Assembly (NCBI GenBank): GCA_965235115.1
Contig: OZ249438.1
Coordinates: 24,924,001-24,988,000, forward strand
DNA from: Laetmonice hystrix
Taxonomy: Eukaryota
Length of the DNA: 64,000 nt
Direction of reading: 5' to 3'
This document shows, piece after piece, positions 38,701 to 53,100 of this stretch; the first letter of the stretch is position 1, and each line of letters starts with the position of its first letter. Both the position numbers and the translations under genes were made by a program. The notes beneath the pieces are model-generated. The model was not told the origin of the DNA and searched no databases. It was given only the letters and a program-made list of their open reading frames with translations.

Positions 38701-39004
38701 TACATCGTATAGTTATGCAGCGACAAGGGTGACTACAAAGGAAAATACCCGACACCAATTAGGTGCAGACTTGTCAAACCTGCGTTGACTTAGAATCAGG
38801 GTGATAGGGTCGGTGCGGAGGTCTAAAAACAATTGGAGCGATGACGATGTTAATGACTGTGTCTTTGATCTCTGTGTCTGCGAAGTTTGTTAATGTGACT
38901 GCAGGCAGCAGTCATCAATCACTGAGTCGATTAGGCCTACAGCGATAGCTTTACGTGGTCTATGTCTTCATAACGGGATCCCAGGCCCTCCTCCTCACAG
39001 GATT

Positions 39005-39480
39005 ACTAGGCCGTCCTCGTCTATGGTCCCGCTACCAGGCCCTTCTCGGTTCTTGCCCCGCCACCAGGCCCTCCTCGGTTCTTGGCCCGCCACCAGGCCC
39101 TCCTCGGCTCTTGCCCCGCTACACATGATTACCAGGCCCTTTTCGTCAATGGTCCCGCTACCTGGCCCTCCTCGGCTCTTGTTCTGCCACCAGGCCCTCC
39201 TCGGTTCTTGTTCTGTCACCAGGCCCTCCTCGGCTCTTGTCCCGCTACACAGGATTACCAGACCCTTCTCGTCTATGGTCCCGCTACCAGGCCCTTCTCG
39301 TCTATGGTCCCGCTACCAGGCCCTTCTCGGCTCTTGTTCTGCCACCAGGCCCTCCCCGATTCTTGTTCTGCCACCTCCTCGGTTGTTGCCCCGCCACCAG
39401 GCCCTCCTCGGCTCTTGTCCCGCTACGCAGGATTACCAGACCCTTGTCGTCTGTGGTCCCGCTACCAGGCCCTCCTCGTT
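39005..39480. repeat. Degenerate modular tandem repeat
   Basis: Shuffled modules CCAGGCCCT(C/T)CTCGG(C/T)TCTTG, GTCTATGGTCCCGCTA and GATTACCAG. Confidence 0.8.
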
Positions 39481-41564
39481 TCCAGACAGGGAAAGGACAG
39501 GGAAAATCATATCACTCGTTCAAAAGAAAGTACGTCTAGCAAATGTAAGGTCAATTTTGAGGAATGTTAGAAATGGCTTTAACTAGGCTAAAGTTTGCCT
39601 CCAAAGCCAAAGGAGGTTAGAATACGCCATAGTCCGGCGTGTCAGTCTGCCAGCCAGTTAGTCAGTCAGTCAGTCAGTCTAGGCGAGCTGGCGGCTAGGT
39701 CGGGGATCAATACGGCTATAACTCGTGGACGGTGTTGGGCTGACGAGTGATTGCGTTTGACCTCTCACAGTATACTATACACAGTTTGATAATAATGGTA
39801 TGTTGACGATACATAATGACCGTTAGCACCAGTCAACAGTACGCCATGCTCAGATTATCCGGCTCAGTGATTAAGATCACGATCAGCAGATCATGGGCCT
39901 ATAATCAGACTATAGTTCACAGGTGTATCACTTATAATGTGGGTGGGCAGTGATGGCCAGGCACTACGTGCCAACTGACAGGTACTACGTAACCAACCAG
40001 CCACAGGTATGTAAACTCTGCTGTTGGCCCGTACAGCCCGCTCAATTATTATAGAGTATAATCGTGAAATATCTCATGTGTGGCATATTGCTCCGGGGTG
40101 CGTTTCACAACCTGTCGTTAGCTTGTATCGTAAGCACCAATGTATGTTTTTGTATTTTCAATGGGGATTTTTACGCACGGTAAGGTTACGATTGTTGTCA
40201 AACGCACCCGACTCGGTGTTTTTACAGTTATAACTGTGACATAATAGGTATAGAAACACCATAGACTTTGAGTCGGGTTAATTTGCCATATTTTGATTTT
40301 GAAATGGTAAATGATATTACGATTATTGGACTCTGACTTGAGCAGTAACACTAGTGGTCCGGTACATAACAGGTTGTTGCCGTTGTCAGGATATTCAGGT
40401 TTCTCTGCTCGTGTCTGACTACCGAAACCAACGTTGGTCTTATCTAATAGCATTGGAGCTTATTCAGTGCCAGACATAGGTCATGTCTTGTTGTTGCCAC
40501 TATTGTTTTTAACATGCATATAGGTGTTGTAATATTGACGTGGCATATAATTTCTGTTCAGTATGATGTATAAAAATGGGACATTTCTACATTGATGATT
40601 ACGGTATCTGGCCTGACGCCAAGTATATTTTAGGTGTGAGAGAATATTTGACCACAGGGTTACATTGCCATCGGCCAGCAGGCCTTTACACAATGTGGTG
40701 CGGTCAGACGGTCACATTCCTTATTGGTCAGTTGGGCAAGCAAGTAGTATATGGCATTGTGTATAGTGTCAGAGTGGACCTTAGCAGGCATCCCTCCGCG
40801 TACATTATGCTTGGTTCCCGGGACAAGGAGCGTACCATGACGTGATGATTTCAGCCAGTGTTCGCGCTATCAGATGACTCATGCGGCCACGTGGTCCATA
40901 ATATTATGATGACCTGACCTGAGAATCACTTCCTCTCTGGGACCCACAGACGCTCTGATTGGTCGATTGTAGGTTGCTATGGTAGCCATAAATGATGAAG
41001 CAGCAACGTGGAGCTTGCGAAGTGAAGGCCATGGATGAATTTAGCATCTGATGTGGTTTGTTATTATCGGTGGAGTGGTGAGTCATACAATTGTTGCCGA
41101 CACGCAGACACACACGTGGAGATGTCCACTAACTGTCTGGCTATCTGTGCCGGTAGGAGGCTGCGTGTAGCAGGTATCACTGGCTTACCGCCACACTGTG
41201 ACGCGTTCTGCCAGTCACAGCCTGCAGCACAGAGACACCTGCTGTGGAATTTAAGCAGAAATTAGGAAGGATGTTCCAGGTGGTCTGATTGGAAAACTTC
41301 AACCCGAGGTGACCCGAAGTTTCGTGATGTGGTTAATAGACTATAAGGCTATACAAACGTACTGCAGAGAACGCACGTCGTGAACTTGCCTATACGAACA
41401 AAGTTGAACATGCGTATATACTCCTTGGCATGATGTGAAACATGTATACTTCTACATCATTGATTCAGGGCCTTGAAATACTTTTAATGCTCGTCTTTCA
41501 GTATGCCAAGATAATAGTTTAGTTACATTACACTCACTCAGTTTTATTTTCTCTATGTTTTCAG

Positions 41565-42588
41565 GGATGTATAGTTGAACAAGGCATCCGACATACATGC
41601 GGGATCAGCGAGGAAAGTGAATATTTGGTATCTGACGGGAGGCTGTGTAGTTCCACCAACGGCCACACGTGTGCGCCACTGTCTCCCCCGTATCCAGCGT
41701 CTTACAGCCGATGGGAGGGGCCGCCACATCAACGTCACTCCCACCACGGTCACCAGAGGGAGCGAGTGTACTATACGTCCAACAGAGATCACGTGTACCA
41801 GCCGTCCAGTGTAGTAAGTGGTGGACAATATATGTCACCAGGACGGTCATACCCGCATCAAGACTTCGTACCTCAATCAGAATCTCATCCACCTAGTTCA
41901 TCTCACCATCCACAGGTGGCGTATCAGTCACCTGTGTATTCCCAAGCCAATAATGTGAATGTGATATACCCAGATCAAAGTCTGACACAGTTGAATAGCT
42001 ATGATGGACACGGTCACAATAGGCCTACACAACTGCCATTATCCCAGGCCCCAGTTCCTCATCCTCAGCCAGAACAGAAATATCAAACAAACTTTCAAAT
42101 CATTCCACCTCGCCAGGGGCAGAACTACCGGGTGATAAACGTGAAGTTTGCCGGGGCTGACCAGAACCCGCCCAAGGCTAAACTCGATGTTCTGTCGCCA
42201 TCCTCCAGTGGCTACCAGCACATCAACGCTACGGTTGGTCACTTTGTTTTCAAGACGCCCATGGATGGGAGAACTGAGACCCAAAGTCAGTCCGACAACA
42301 ATGCCAACCAAGTAACACGCGATCAGGAGTACGTGAACTATTGCCGGAGTTCTTCAACTGACCTTTCACCAACCCACACAGAATACAAAGGTGTGGGGCC
42401 CGAGGTTAGCAACGGCATGGTGAACGCTACTGACAATTCCTCACCTCCCTACAAACATCAGCACAGTTCTTCAAACTCTGACACCTCGCCCGTACATGGT
42501 GGGATCTACAGCCCAACCAGTCCACGAACACCTGGCAGTCAGACCTCACCTCCAGCCATGAGGCAGGACAAGAGGCGCAGCCTTCACG
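41565..42588 (+). CDS. CEP170: Probable large low-complexity (P/S/Q/H/Y-rich) CEP170 exon, 1024 nt, phase 0-1
   Basis: Strong acceptor ttttattttctctatgttttcag at 41564, 341 uninterrupted non-repetitive codons (includes ORF 41625..42614) and donor CAC G|gtaagt at 42589. The phases bridge exon 30969-31222 (ends 0) and exon 62995 (starts 1). Confidence 0.65.
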
Positions 42589-43710
42589 GTAAGTCGACAT
42601 ACCTACTCTATTAATTATCGACCCTACATTATCGGGTGGGAATACATTATGTTGACCCACATGCCCCTAGCATGAAGCCCTTAGGCGGAAACCGTGATGG
42701 GAGAAGTACAATTTTCTTGTGTTTCATACTAAACATTTCCTGTTTGCCTTCCCAAGTGTTAAAATGGATGTTTTGTATCTTCTCTTCTTTCACTGTAGTG
42801 AAACTTATTCGTTGATGTTCTTAGGAAAGGTTCTTGAGAGTGTCTGTAAACACTGCTGTATCCACTTTTCTGTCAACTGACTCTTCATGGTTACACCTTA
42901 TCACGTTCACCAAACAAACACGAGTTTCCATAAGCTGTAGTTCTCGTTTTGATGGCCAGTGGTAGATTTGGAATGGGTCATGGATAGCGTTGATTGAAGT
43001 GACTGATACCATTTGTGCGGCGTCCAAATGTAATTGACAGTGCCGGTAATCACACTGACATGTGGATGTACATTCACACCCATCTGGTCGTCATCAATCA
43101 TCGGCTGTAACCCAGCATTTCAAACATTACAACCTCAGATCACAGATAACGTCCGAAAACATCGCCTCACGGACATCCCCAGCAAGTTCTTCTACATGAT
43201 ATAAAAACGTCGTGTCGATTCGCAGAAGGCCAGGGCTAGGTTGATAAAACAATGACAAATATTTTGAACTCGGCTATTCCAAACAATAAGGACGCCACAG
43301 GAAAATGTTACATTTGCCCTGAAGGCAGATTCCCCCATAGAACATTAATCTGTCACACAAAATGTGGTGCGTATCGTAGTTTTTCTTTGTAATGTCAAAC
43401 AACGGTATTCACTCTGTTCAATGCGAGCAAAAACTCATAAAACTTTGTTAATGGATTGCTGTGAACGTGAATGAATTTCCTTTTTTTTTTAACTTCGCCC
43501 GAAGTAATTATACATTATGTTACCACATCGTCACATTAAAGGGTAATGACATGAGGGAGATTGGCCATAATTACATGGAAGGGAGTGGCCTCTGTGCCCT
43601 GTAGAGAAAGACCCGAGGAGCAGGGTAAGGGATGGATGGGTAGAAGGGTTGTCATCCAATTCAAATATACACACCCCAGAATATTATATTTGGGCTCTGG
43701 GAGAAGTTGA

Positions 43711-46420
43711 TTAACTGTGAGTGTGGATGAAGCCAGGGTAGAGTTGCTTGCTGACGTCACGGTCTGTGGTTTGGATTCAGATAGAGGATGGTTTTATTTA
43801 ACTGTGAGTGTGGATGAAGCCAGGGTAGAGTTGCTTGCTGACGTCACGGTCTGTGGTTTGGATTCAGATAGAGGATGGTTTTATTTAACTGTGAGTGTGG
43901 ATGAAGCCGGGGTAGAGTTGCTTGCTGACGTCACGGTCTGTGGTTTGGATTCAGATAGAGGATGGTTTTATTTAACTGTGAGTGTGGATGAAGCCAGGGT
44001 AGAGTTGCTTGCTGACGTCACGGTCTGTGGTTTGGATTCAGATAGAGGATGGTTTTATTTAACTGTGAGTGTGGATGAAGCCAGGGTAGAGTTGCTTGCT
44101 GACGTCACGGTCTGTGGTTTGGATTCAGATAGAGGATGGTTTTATTTTACTGTGAGTGTGGATGAAGACAGGGTAGAGTTGCTTGCTGACGTCACGGTCT
44201 GTGGTTTGGATTCAGATAGAGGATGGTTTTATTTAACTGTGAGTGTGGATGAAGCCAGGGTAGAGTTGCTTGCTGACGTCACGGTCTGTGGTTTGGATTC
44301 AGATAGAGGATGGTTTTATTTAACTGTGAGTGTGGATGAAGCCAGGGTAGAGTTGCTTGCTGACGTCGCGGTCTGTGGTTTGGATTCAGATAGAGGATGG
44401 TTTTATTTAACTGTGAGTGTGGATGAGGCTGGGGTAGAGTTGCTTGCTGACGTCACGGTCTGTGGTTTGGATTCAGATAGAGGATGGTTTTATTTAACTG
44501 TGAGTGTGGATGAGGCTGGGGTAGAGTTACTTGCTGACGTCACGGTCTGTGGTTTGGATTCAGATAGAGGATGGTTTTATTTAACTGTGAGTGTGGATGA
44601 AGCCAGGGTAGAGTTGCTTGCTGACGTCACGGTCTGTGGTTTGGATTCAGATAGAGGATGGTTTTATTTAACTGTGAGTGTGGATGAAGCCAGGGTAGAG
44701 TTGCTTGCTGACGTCACGGTCTGTGGTTTGGATTCAGATAGAGGATGGTTTTATTTAACTGTGAGTGTGGATGAAGCCAGGGTAGAGTTGCTTGCTGACG
44801 TCACGGTCTGTGGTTTGGATTCAGATAGAGGATGGTTTTATTTAACTGTGAGTGTGGATGAGGCTGGGGTAGAGTTACTTGCTGACGTCACGGTCTGTGG
44901 TTTGGATTCAGATAGAGGATGGTTTTATTTAACTGTGAGTGTGGATGAAGGCAGGGTAGAGTTGTGCTGATGTCGCGGTCTGTGGTTTGGATTCATATAG
45001 AGGATGGTTTTATTTAACTGTGAGTGTGGATGAGGCTGGGGTAGAGTTGCTTGCTGACGTCGCGGTCTGTGGTTTGGATTCAGATAGAGGATGGTTTTAT
45101 TTAACTGTGAGTGTGGATGAAGCCGGGGTAGAGTTGCTTGCTGACGTCACGGTCTGTGGTTTGGATTTAGATAGAGGATGGTTTTATTTAACTGTGAGTG
45201 TGGATGAGGCCGGGGTAGAGTTGCTTGCTGACGTCACGGTCTGTGGTTTGGATTCAGATAGAGGATGGTTTTATTTAACTGTGAGTGTGGATGAAGCCAG
45301 GGTAGAGTTGCTTGCTGACGTCGCGGTCTGTGGTTTGGATTCAGATAGAGGATGGTTTTATTTAACTGTGAGTGTGGATGAAGCCGGGGTAGAGTTACTT
45401 GCTGACGTCACGGTCTGTGGTTTGGATTCAGATAGAGGATGGTTTTATTTAACTGTGAGTGTGGATGAGGCCGGGGTAGAGTTGCTTGCTGACGTCACGG
45501 TCTGTGGTTTGGATTCAGATAGAGGATGGTTTTATTTAAAATTCTGTGAGTGTGGATGAAGCGTAGAGTTGCTTGCTGACGTCACGGTCTGTGGTTTGGA
45601 TTCAGATAGAGGATGGTTTTATTTAACTGTGAGTGTGGATGAGGCTGGGGTAGAGTTGCTTGCTGACGTCACGGTCTGTGGTTTGGATTCAGATAGAGGA
45701 TGGTTTTATTTAACTGTGAGTGTGGATGAAGCCGGGGTAGAGTTGCTTGCTGACGTCACGGTCTGTGGTTTGGATTCAGATAGAGGATGGTTTTATTTAA
45801 CTGTGAGTGTGAATGAAGCCAGGGTAGAGTTGCTTGCTGACGTCACTCACGGTCTGTGGTTTGGATTCAGATAGAGGATGGTTTTATTTAACTGTGAGTG
45901 TGGATGAGGCTGGGGTAGAGTTGCTTGCTGACGTCGCGGTCTGTGGTTTGGATTCAGATAGAGGATGGTTTTATTTAACTGTGAGTGTGGATGAAGCCGG
46001 GGTAGAGTTGCTTGCTGACGTCACGGTCTGTAGTTTGGATTCAGATAGAGGATGGTTTTATTTAACTGTGAGTGTGGATGAAGCCAGGGTAGAGTTGCTT
46101 GCTGACGTCACGGTCTGTGGTTTGGATTCAGATAGAGGATGGTTTTATTTAACTGTGAGTGTGGATGAGGCCAGGGTAGAGTTGCTTGCTGACGTCACTC
46201 ACGGTCTGTGGTTTGGATTCAGATAGAGGATGGTTTTATTTAACTGTGAGTGTGGATGAGGCTGGGGTAGAGTTGCTTGCTGACGTCACGGTCTGTGGTT
46301 TGGATTCAGATAGAGGATGGTTTTATTTAACTGTGAGTGTGGATGAAGCCGGGGTAGAGTTGCTTGCTGACGTCGCGGTCTGTGGTTTGGATTCGGATAG
46401 AGGATGGTTTTATTTAACTG
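43711..46420. repeat. Satellite-like tandem array, 87 bp x ~31
   Basis: Unit GTGAGTGTGGATGAAGCCAGGGTAGAGTTGCTTGCTGACGTCACGGTCTGTGGTTTGGATTCAGATAGAGGATGGTTTTATTTAACT; high identity between copies, few indels. Confidence 0.97.
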
Positions 46421-46948
46421 TTATTTATTTGCCGTCACCATGGTGACAGGGTGGTGGGAAGGATAACTTCCTGGCGGGGGCGGAGGATGGCGACTGTAAG
46501 ATGGTGTTGTGTAATACCAATTCATTGAGCACTGGGTCTACGCTTGGATTATAGTCCAAATACTCTGCTAATCCAAGTCTTGGCAAACATACAAGAAATG
46601 ATCGTAGATCTGACAACATGTGGCAGCATGGGACAGCAGAAATCGACTCCAGCTTTCTAATAAATGATAAATTTTCAATTAGTCTTAAAATCTTGCCAGT
46701 TAAACTTAAATATTCGATCATGATAGGTAGTGATTTTAAAAGGAGTCCTTTCCATGCTGGCAGGCCCATGCAGTTCGTGAAAATAGCAACAATTCAACAG
46801 TGTCATACCTGGTCAAAAGTAAAGTTTAGAAAGACCGTAAAAAGCGACGAGGCGAAGATTCTGGGGGTTTCTGGGGGCATAAAATTCTGGGCGTCAAATG
46901 TTGCTACTTGGAAACGACAGACGAGGCATGCTAGTTGCGGCCCTGATA

Positions 46949-47177
46949 CTATGTCCCCCCAAAAATGATAGTCTGTGTTCCATTGTCAAAAAGAGAAAGG
47001 AGAGGTTGTGATCAGTAATGCGTGACCCTGTCAACACCAAACTTGCTGAGAGTTATCTAGGGGGATCAAACTTTATGTTCAACTTCAACTTCAAAATTCA
47101 AAATTCGACAATCCTCTAAAATATCTAAGTGTATTGCACACCTAAAATTAGACTATCATTTTTGGGGGGACATACTG
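46949..47177. mobile_element. Tc1/mariner-like MITE, ~229 bp
   Basis: Perfect 25-bp inverted repeat TATGTCCCCCCAAAAATGATAGTCT (46950-46974) versus 47150-47174. The right end is ...CATACTG|TA and TA precedes the left end (46947-46948). Confidence 0.75.
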
Positions 47178-50100
47178 TAGTGATAGCCCATTGGAGGAAG
47201 TGTTTCGTTTAATGGCATTTGATAAGTACGCATTAACACTGTAACTACAAATATCACTGAGCGACTCCATAATCCGGCATATTGTAGATTAAGTTCTTGT
47301 GGAAATGTAGGGCAGTAAAGGAGTACGGCTGGTATTTTAGTTGACCGTTCTTTCAGTCGATTGATTCGGAGGAAGTGGTTAAATTAAAATGAGATAACCA
47401 CGCAGCACTTGGTGTTTATAAACATCCACCAGCTAGCAGCTGATCCAGCCTCACCCCCATCCACACACTGGAGTGGGGAAGTCAAGGTCAGGGTCAAGGC
47501 CGTGTACGCGGAGCAGCAGCCTGCTGGCGGACCTAGCCATGCTGTGAGTCAGGAGAGGACATTTTCGGTGTAGGTACCGACTTTTATATCCATACTTGTT
47601 ATAACAATTCACCTCACCCTTACGTTTAGACTCGGCTGATTTGGATACTGAAGGATTAGAGTGATAGGTTGAGTGTGTACGGAGGACGGGAAGGATTAGA
47701 TCATGTCGGGAGGTTGGCAGTGTTGTATGACTGTGAGACACGGATTCCGTACGGTCGGTCGGACGGTGAGCTGGCCGACCCATCCGCATCATGTGATGTT
47801 ATACCACAGATACGGCCGCCCTGGGGAGAAGTCCTCACACAATAACACCAAGTCAGAGGTGACTAGAGAGGACAGAATGTCCTGGAAATAATGATAGGTC
47901 TTATGTAGGTCTGTACAGGGGAGTTCTGGCTCGCAGCCAGCCAGCCTAGTCCCTCCACGGCTGAGGCAGCAGCCGCTCCAGACTGAGGAGTAGAGGTAAG
48001 CGGAGAGTGTACACATTCACCCGGAAATATACCTCCCCGACCGTCGCCCCAATCTGCCTGTCACACACCCCATACTGACAACTTTACATTGAACACATCC
48101 ACGTACACACCCACACGTCCACCATGAGACTTGTCGGGATGTGGGTCAGAGTTGTCATACGGGATGTTAATGGGGGTGTTTATAATGTGTCCCCAGTTGG
48201 CATGTGGCATTGATCACTAGGCCCGAGTTTCACAGATGAGGAGGAGGAGGTGGAGGCAGACATCTTGTACATTCGATCCACTCGGGGCTCTGCCACCCAC
48301 TGGCCACTCCATAGCAACCAGTGTCAACCGTTACCTGACATACCGCTATATTAGCTCTGAGGAGGTTCATTAGCATGGCAGGCATCATTAAGGTCGGTAT
48401 CTGCCACCGCCCGCTGTATATTTGGCGTGTTTGTTAATGGTATATTATACGGTTGTTAGGGTAACGTGGCTGACGCCAAGGCTGTTTGACGTTTGTTCCG
48501 GTCAAACACAATAGTCTCCTTATAAGTGTAGACAACCCCCTCAGTACCCGTATGTGTGGACTCCACCCATGCTGGTACCCCCTTACACGCCTGCCTAATG
48601 CCTTTCAGGCTTTTCAAGATCCAGAAATTCCGTGAATATGTGAAATTCGGCAAGTCGAAAGCTCCGAACTCAAGTGGGCCGGACTGGACGTCCTAACGGG
48701 TCCCAGGGTGGCGCCTATACTCTTGGTGAGCCCGTCTCACTCATGTTACAACAAAATTATCTGGCGCCATGTATAGCGACTTCAAAGACTACCTATTTCT
48801 ACTCAGTAAGGAGCGTCGCGATAAATCATTTGGTTACCCGCTCAGTGAGGTTCAAAATGCCGTCATATATTATATTTTCTTTTTTTTATTGGGGCAGTCC
48901 CTTGATTGGACAGGGTAAGGGTTCCACGAAAAACCGTACACGTTTCAGTGTTGAATAGGGGGGGGGGGCTCTCTGACAGTGAGTTGAAGAGAATCCGGTT
49001 CAGTGGTTTAGTATTGAACCGTCAGCAGTTGCCTGATAGAAAGGCCTGGCCAGTGTCACTGCTCGGAAAGTTGCCACCGAGACTGCGCCTACCGACGGTA
49101 TCCTGTGTCGGCCAGGGTCGGCCTGGAGTCGCGCTCCGAGAGAGGACGTCCTGGTCCGTAACAATACCCCCCCCCCCTCCTTCCAAATGTCCTGGTACAT
49201 GACTCTCTGACCCTCCCACCCTTACCTCTCCGTGTGTGTAGGGGGGGGGGGGGGGCGTGTGCAAACAGGCTCTGTAGTACTGGAATTACAGATACATCTT
49301 TACATATTGTATATTGTGGAGTGACCAATCGGGTGACAAAACACGTTAGTTTCATTCGTTCGGCATTTTTTATTTAAAAGGATTGTAAGTTAGTAGTCCA
49401 TGTGCTAATTATCTTGTATAGATATAGTCTAATTATTTCATTGATGAATATATATCTGAACTCGTATGATTACGGAGAAATTGAATATTAATAGAAGCTG
49501 GAGCTAAGTGTGGAGCTCGTATTGCGTCAGCTGGGACTCTAACAGTATCAATATTTGTCGCTCAGGTATGACATTTAAGGTTGTGTACAGGTAACCTTTA
49601 GATGAGGGTTTATGGGTGGCAAGTAGCTGCCCAGGTAAACCAGATATAGTACCTCACGTCTACATACCCTACATTCTCTACCTGACTATAGCCACTCTCA
49701 AGTAGTATCCAGGGGGGATTTTAATGTAACAGGAAACAAGCCAGTAGAAGTATCCTAAATACATTCTCCTAAAGAATTTTTAAACAGTGAGTCAGGGCCC
49801 TGATGGTAAACTATGGGATATCCACCCTTGAAAATAAGTGGAATGAATATAGTACCAAGTTTTTTTTATGAGTCAGAGCTCTCTAAATGTTTTTGCAGGT
49901 GGGATAAGAAGGTAGACTTGGTTGATTTTATCACTTTTTTCACCCCCCCCCCTCCCCCCAGGTTATCGTCCCGTAGGTCTATAGAGGGGGAGGAGAGTCA
50001 CCCTCAACTATAACTCGGCCCAGCATGAGACGGGCGGTAACTGAGGTGGGGCTCACCTTGAGTTACTTTCTGGGGGGAGGGAGCTTGGGGTACACTTAAC

Positions 50101-53100
50101 CTGGCCTCTGAGCCGTCCCACAGACACAGCAAGCCGTGAATGAAAACGACAGGCCGACAGTCACTACCACACTAGCTGTGATTGTAGGTTATATTGTCTC
50201 TGGTGCATAGTTTAACGTCAGGAAATGAACATCAACAAAGACCACTGATTTCATGAGGGTCACAATGATGAATCGATACGCACGGGTGGCACTGAATAAC
50301 TTGTGTTACAACCTACTATTAAATCACTCTCATATGGGGAGATTTTCTTTCATATTTGGGAAGTAAAAAAAAATAGGTCGTTTGTAAAAAAAGGAAAATA
50401 GACAGAAAGGAATCTTGTGTAAGGTAACAGTTAATATTTGCCTTGTAAGCTCTGGTTTAATAATGATTCTGACTGGACACTATAGTTAGAATTGGATGGA
50501 TACTGAAAGTTGTACATTAAGTTCAGTAAGAAGTGGTAAGAACGTGAACGAAATACTTAGTAAATCCCATTTCTTAAATCATCCACGTAGTTTACATCAC
50601 CATACAGGTTTTACTGGATGATCAACCAGCTCGAGTTCTACCCCCGGCTCAATTTGTTTGGAATTACAAGTATGCTGCTCTCTTTCAATTCACATCATGT
50701 ATTAACTTCAAAGGACAAGTTACGTTTCAATGTCTTGACATATATACTTAGTGTAAGGACCGGTAAAAAACGGTGTTGGATTTTTAATGTAAAACATGAT
50801 TATGACTGCAGGCCTTGCGTAGAATAAAGATTTGTAGCTTCTGTTTGTGGTAAAAAAAAACCTGAGTCGGGCTGATGTTACATGAGTCACGATGGTGTGT
50901 GTGTGTGTGAGTGGGGGGGGGGGGATTTTTGATTGTGTAAGAGATAATCACACAAATTATACAGGCCAACCCAACATTATTACATACCTTTAAAGGACGG
51001 TATTGGCCACAAATTAAGAGGACCGGTATGATGGCATGTAGACTCTAACAACGTTTTATGTCCATTCTGTCTCCCTTGTCATTAACATCAGTAGCTGTCA
51101 TTTTTTAATGTTTTTTAAACCAATAGCAGTGTTCGTAACGTGTGAAGTATGTACTATATTGGAAAGGCTCTAAGCAAACCATCCATTTATGTGGCAGAGC
51201 GTGGAGAAAACAGTGATTACCAAGCTGAAGTAGTAATAGAATACTCGTAGTTTGTTGGCCTATCTGTAAGTAGATGACAGGTTCGGCCAGCTTGTGTAGC
51301 CCGGCCGAATTGATGGCCCTGTCTGACAGCCACAGTCTGCTGATGTGAGGTCTGTTCATGCCATGCTTGGAATGGGGTCAGGATGAACCATTTCATAGTA
51401 TACGTCGTGTAGTAGTAACATGTCCTGTCAAACATGGCAGAAACATTCGGTGCAGGCCCCCTGACCTGCAACAGGTCAGCCAGGCCCAGGCCGCCAAGGA
51501 CGCTGTTCAAACGTCAAGACGTTCTTTAAGATTACTCAGTCGATGCACGTGCAGGAGATAGGACGCCAGACTTGAGAGAAGCAAGTGATTGCAAGGTTTG
51601 TATACAATTAGCGCCTTGGAATAATAGTCTTTGTTCTGTCATCAGTTATGTAGGAGGAGATAACTTGTGTTAAAAAAGGTTTCTCTGAGAGGTGGGATGT
51701 CAGTGTCTAGACATCAGCTGTGGTCTCCTTTGTCGTTGGGCTGGAGCTTCCATATATAAAAAGTGTAACAGAATAGGTCGTTGAGTTGAGAGATCATATC
51801 TCCGACACGACAGTGAACAATCCGTTAGAAGCCGTCGGTACAATAAGTATTTGCCCGTGTGACGTCAGTCAGAGATCATGGGATTGAGCAAGCCAAGGCC
51901 ACATCGCCACATAATCTTCCAGATTCCCTGCGACCTCTGTGGTACTTTTATAATGACTTAATTGCTGGTGAGGGGTTTGTGTAAGGTGGCCGTATAGTCG
52001 CTGTAAGATTAGGATGTGATGGGAGAAGAATGAGAGACAGCGCTGTCCCCCTTCACAAAAGACAAGTCCAACTCTATCCTACATAACAGTCAGGATTCCT
52101 CCATTCCGCATACGGTACTTTATGGGTCGTTGACATTTCGTCGGTTGGTACAAAACCATTAGGAACATGAGTGAATCAACCATTATTACATGTACACACA
52201 GTTAGTGAGTACCTGGCTATACACGCAGTTATAGGCCTATAATGAATTGATCAAATGTTGCATATGATATGGGCTTCCCAGTATACATAACGGTTCATAC
52301 TTGTATTCACGCAGGGTTCTGTGCTGACCTATCTCAGCCATGTAAGACAACCTATATAGGCTAACCGTAACAAGTAACTACATAAATATGATGTGTACCG
52401 GAAATATGTATTCCCCCCCCCCGCCTCCCTCTCCCCTCCCGTATCCACTGGGTAACGGCGTAGAGAAGGCTTTGCAATAGTCCAGTCAAACATAACACTC
52501 ATTAGGCCGTATTTTAGAACCATCCTGAAGGCAAAGAATATCCTTTTGTCCATTGATTTGCAATACGGCCCGAATCGCCACGATACAGTACTGTACAGAA
52601 GTACTGTCCTGAAATAACCTTAGTCAGCATGACTCTGGACATGCTGTCATGACTCTGGACATGCTGTCAGAGGCCAGACATAAAATGCTGAAACATCCAG
52701 TGAAGGAGTGTCACAGGTTGTGTGACCGATGCCGATGTCACAGTGACAGATGATTTAGTGCTGACCTCTAGCGTTCACACCGGACAATGTTACCGACACG
52801 CAATGGTTGACGTCGCCTTCCTGTAGCTGGCTGGCTGGCCGGAACACAGATTGAACCTTGCTGACTGTATGCGAGTGACCGATCAGTCTACGACAGTGGA
52901 GTACGTGTATGTGTAGACTTGTTCTGTAAGAACAAACGTTGATCATGGTAACCGTATGAAACAAGTGTCAGGGAGGATCGAATAGCATTCATACAGGTGG
53001 GTGGACCGGCAAAGGTTTCCAAGTTCGCGATGATGTTAAAATACATGTACATGTAGTATGAAGAGAGCTCCCCCCCCCCACACACACACACACACACTTC

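Noticed and set aside
38995-39586. Overlapping Pro/Arg-rich ORFs of 100-187 aa
   Set aside because: Products of a degenerate GC-rich tandem repeat, open in several frames at once.
43717-46446. Long repetitive ORFs (417 aa, 190 aa and others; VSVDEARVELLADVTVCGLDSDRGWFYLT repeats) as a repeat-protein gene
   Set aside because: They are translations of an 87-bp array. One stop-free frame in 29 codons is expected by chance, indels break the frame several times, and there is no unique flanking coding sequence.
47900-47995. GC-rich segment ending in a strong donor (GAG|gtaagc) as a coding exon
   Set aside because: All three + frames hit stops before the donor. It could be non-coding but nothing supports that.
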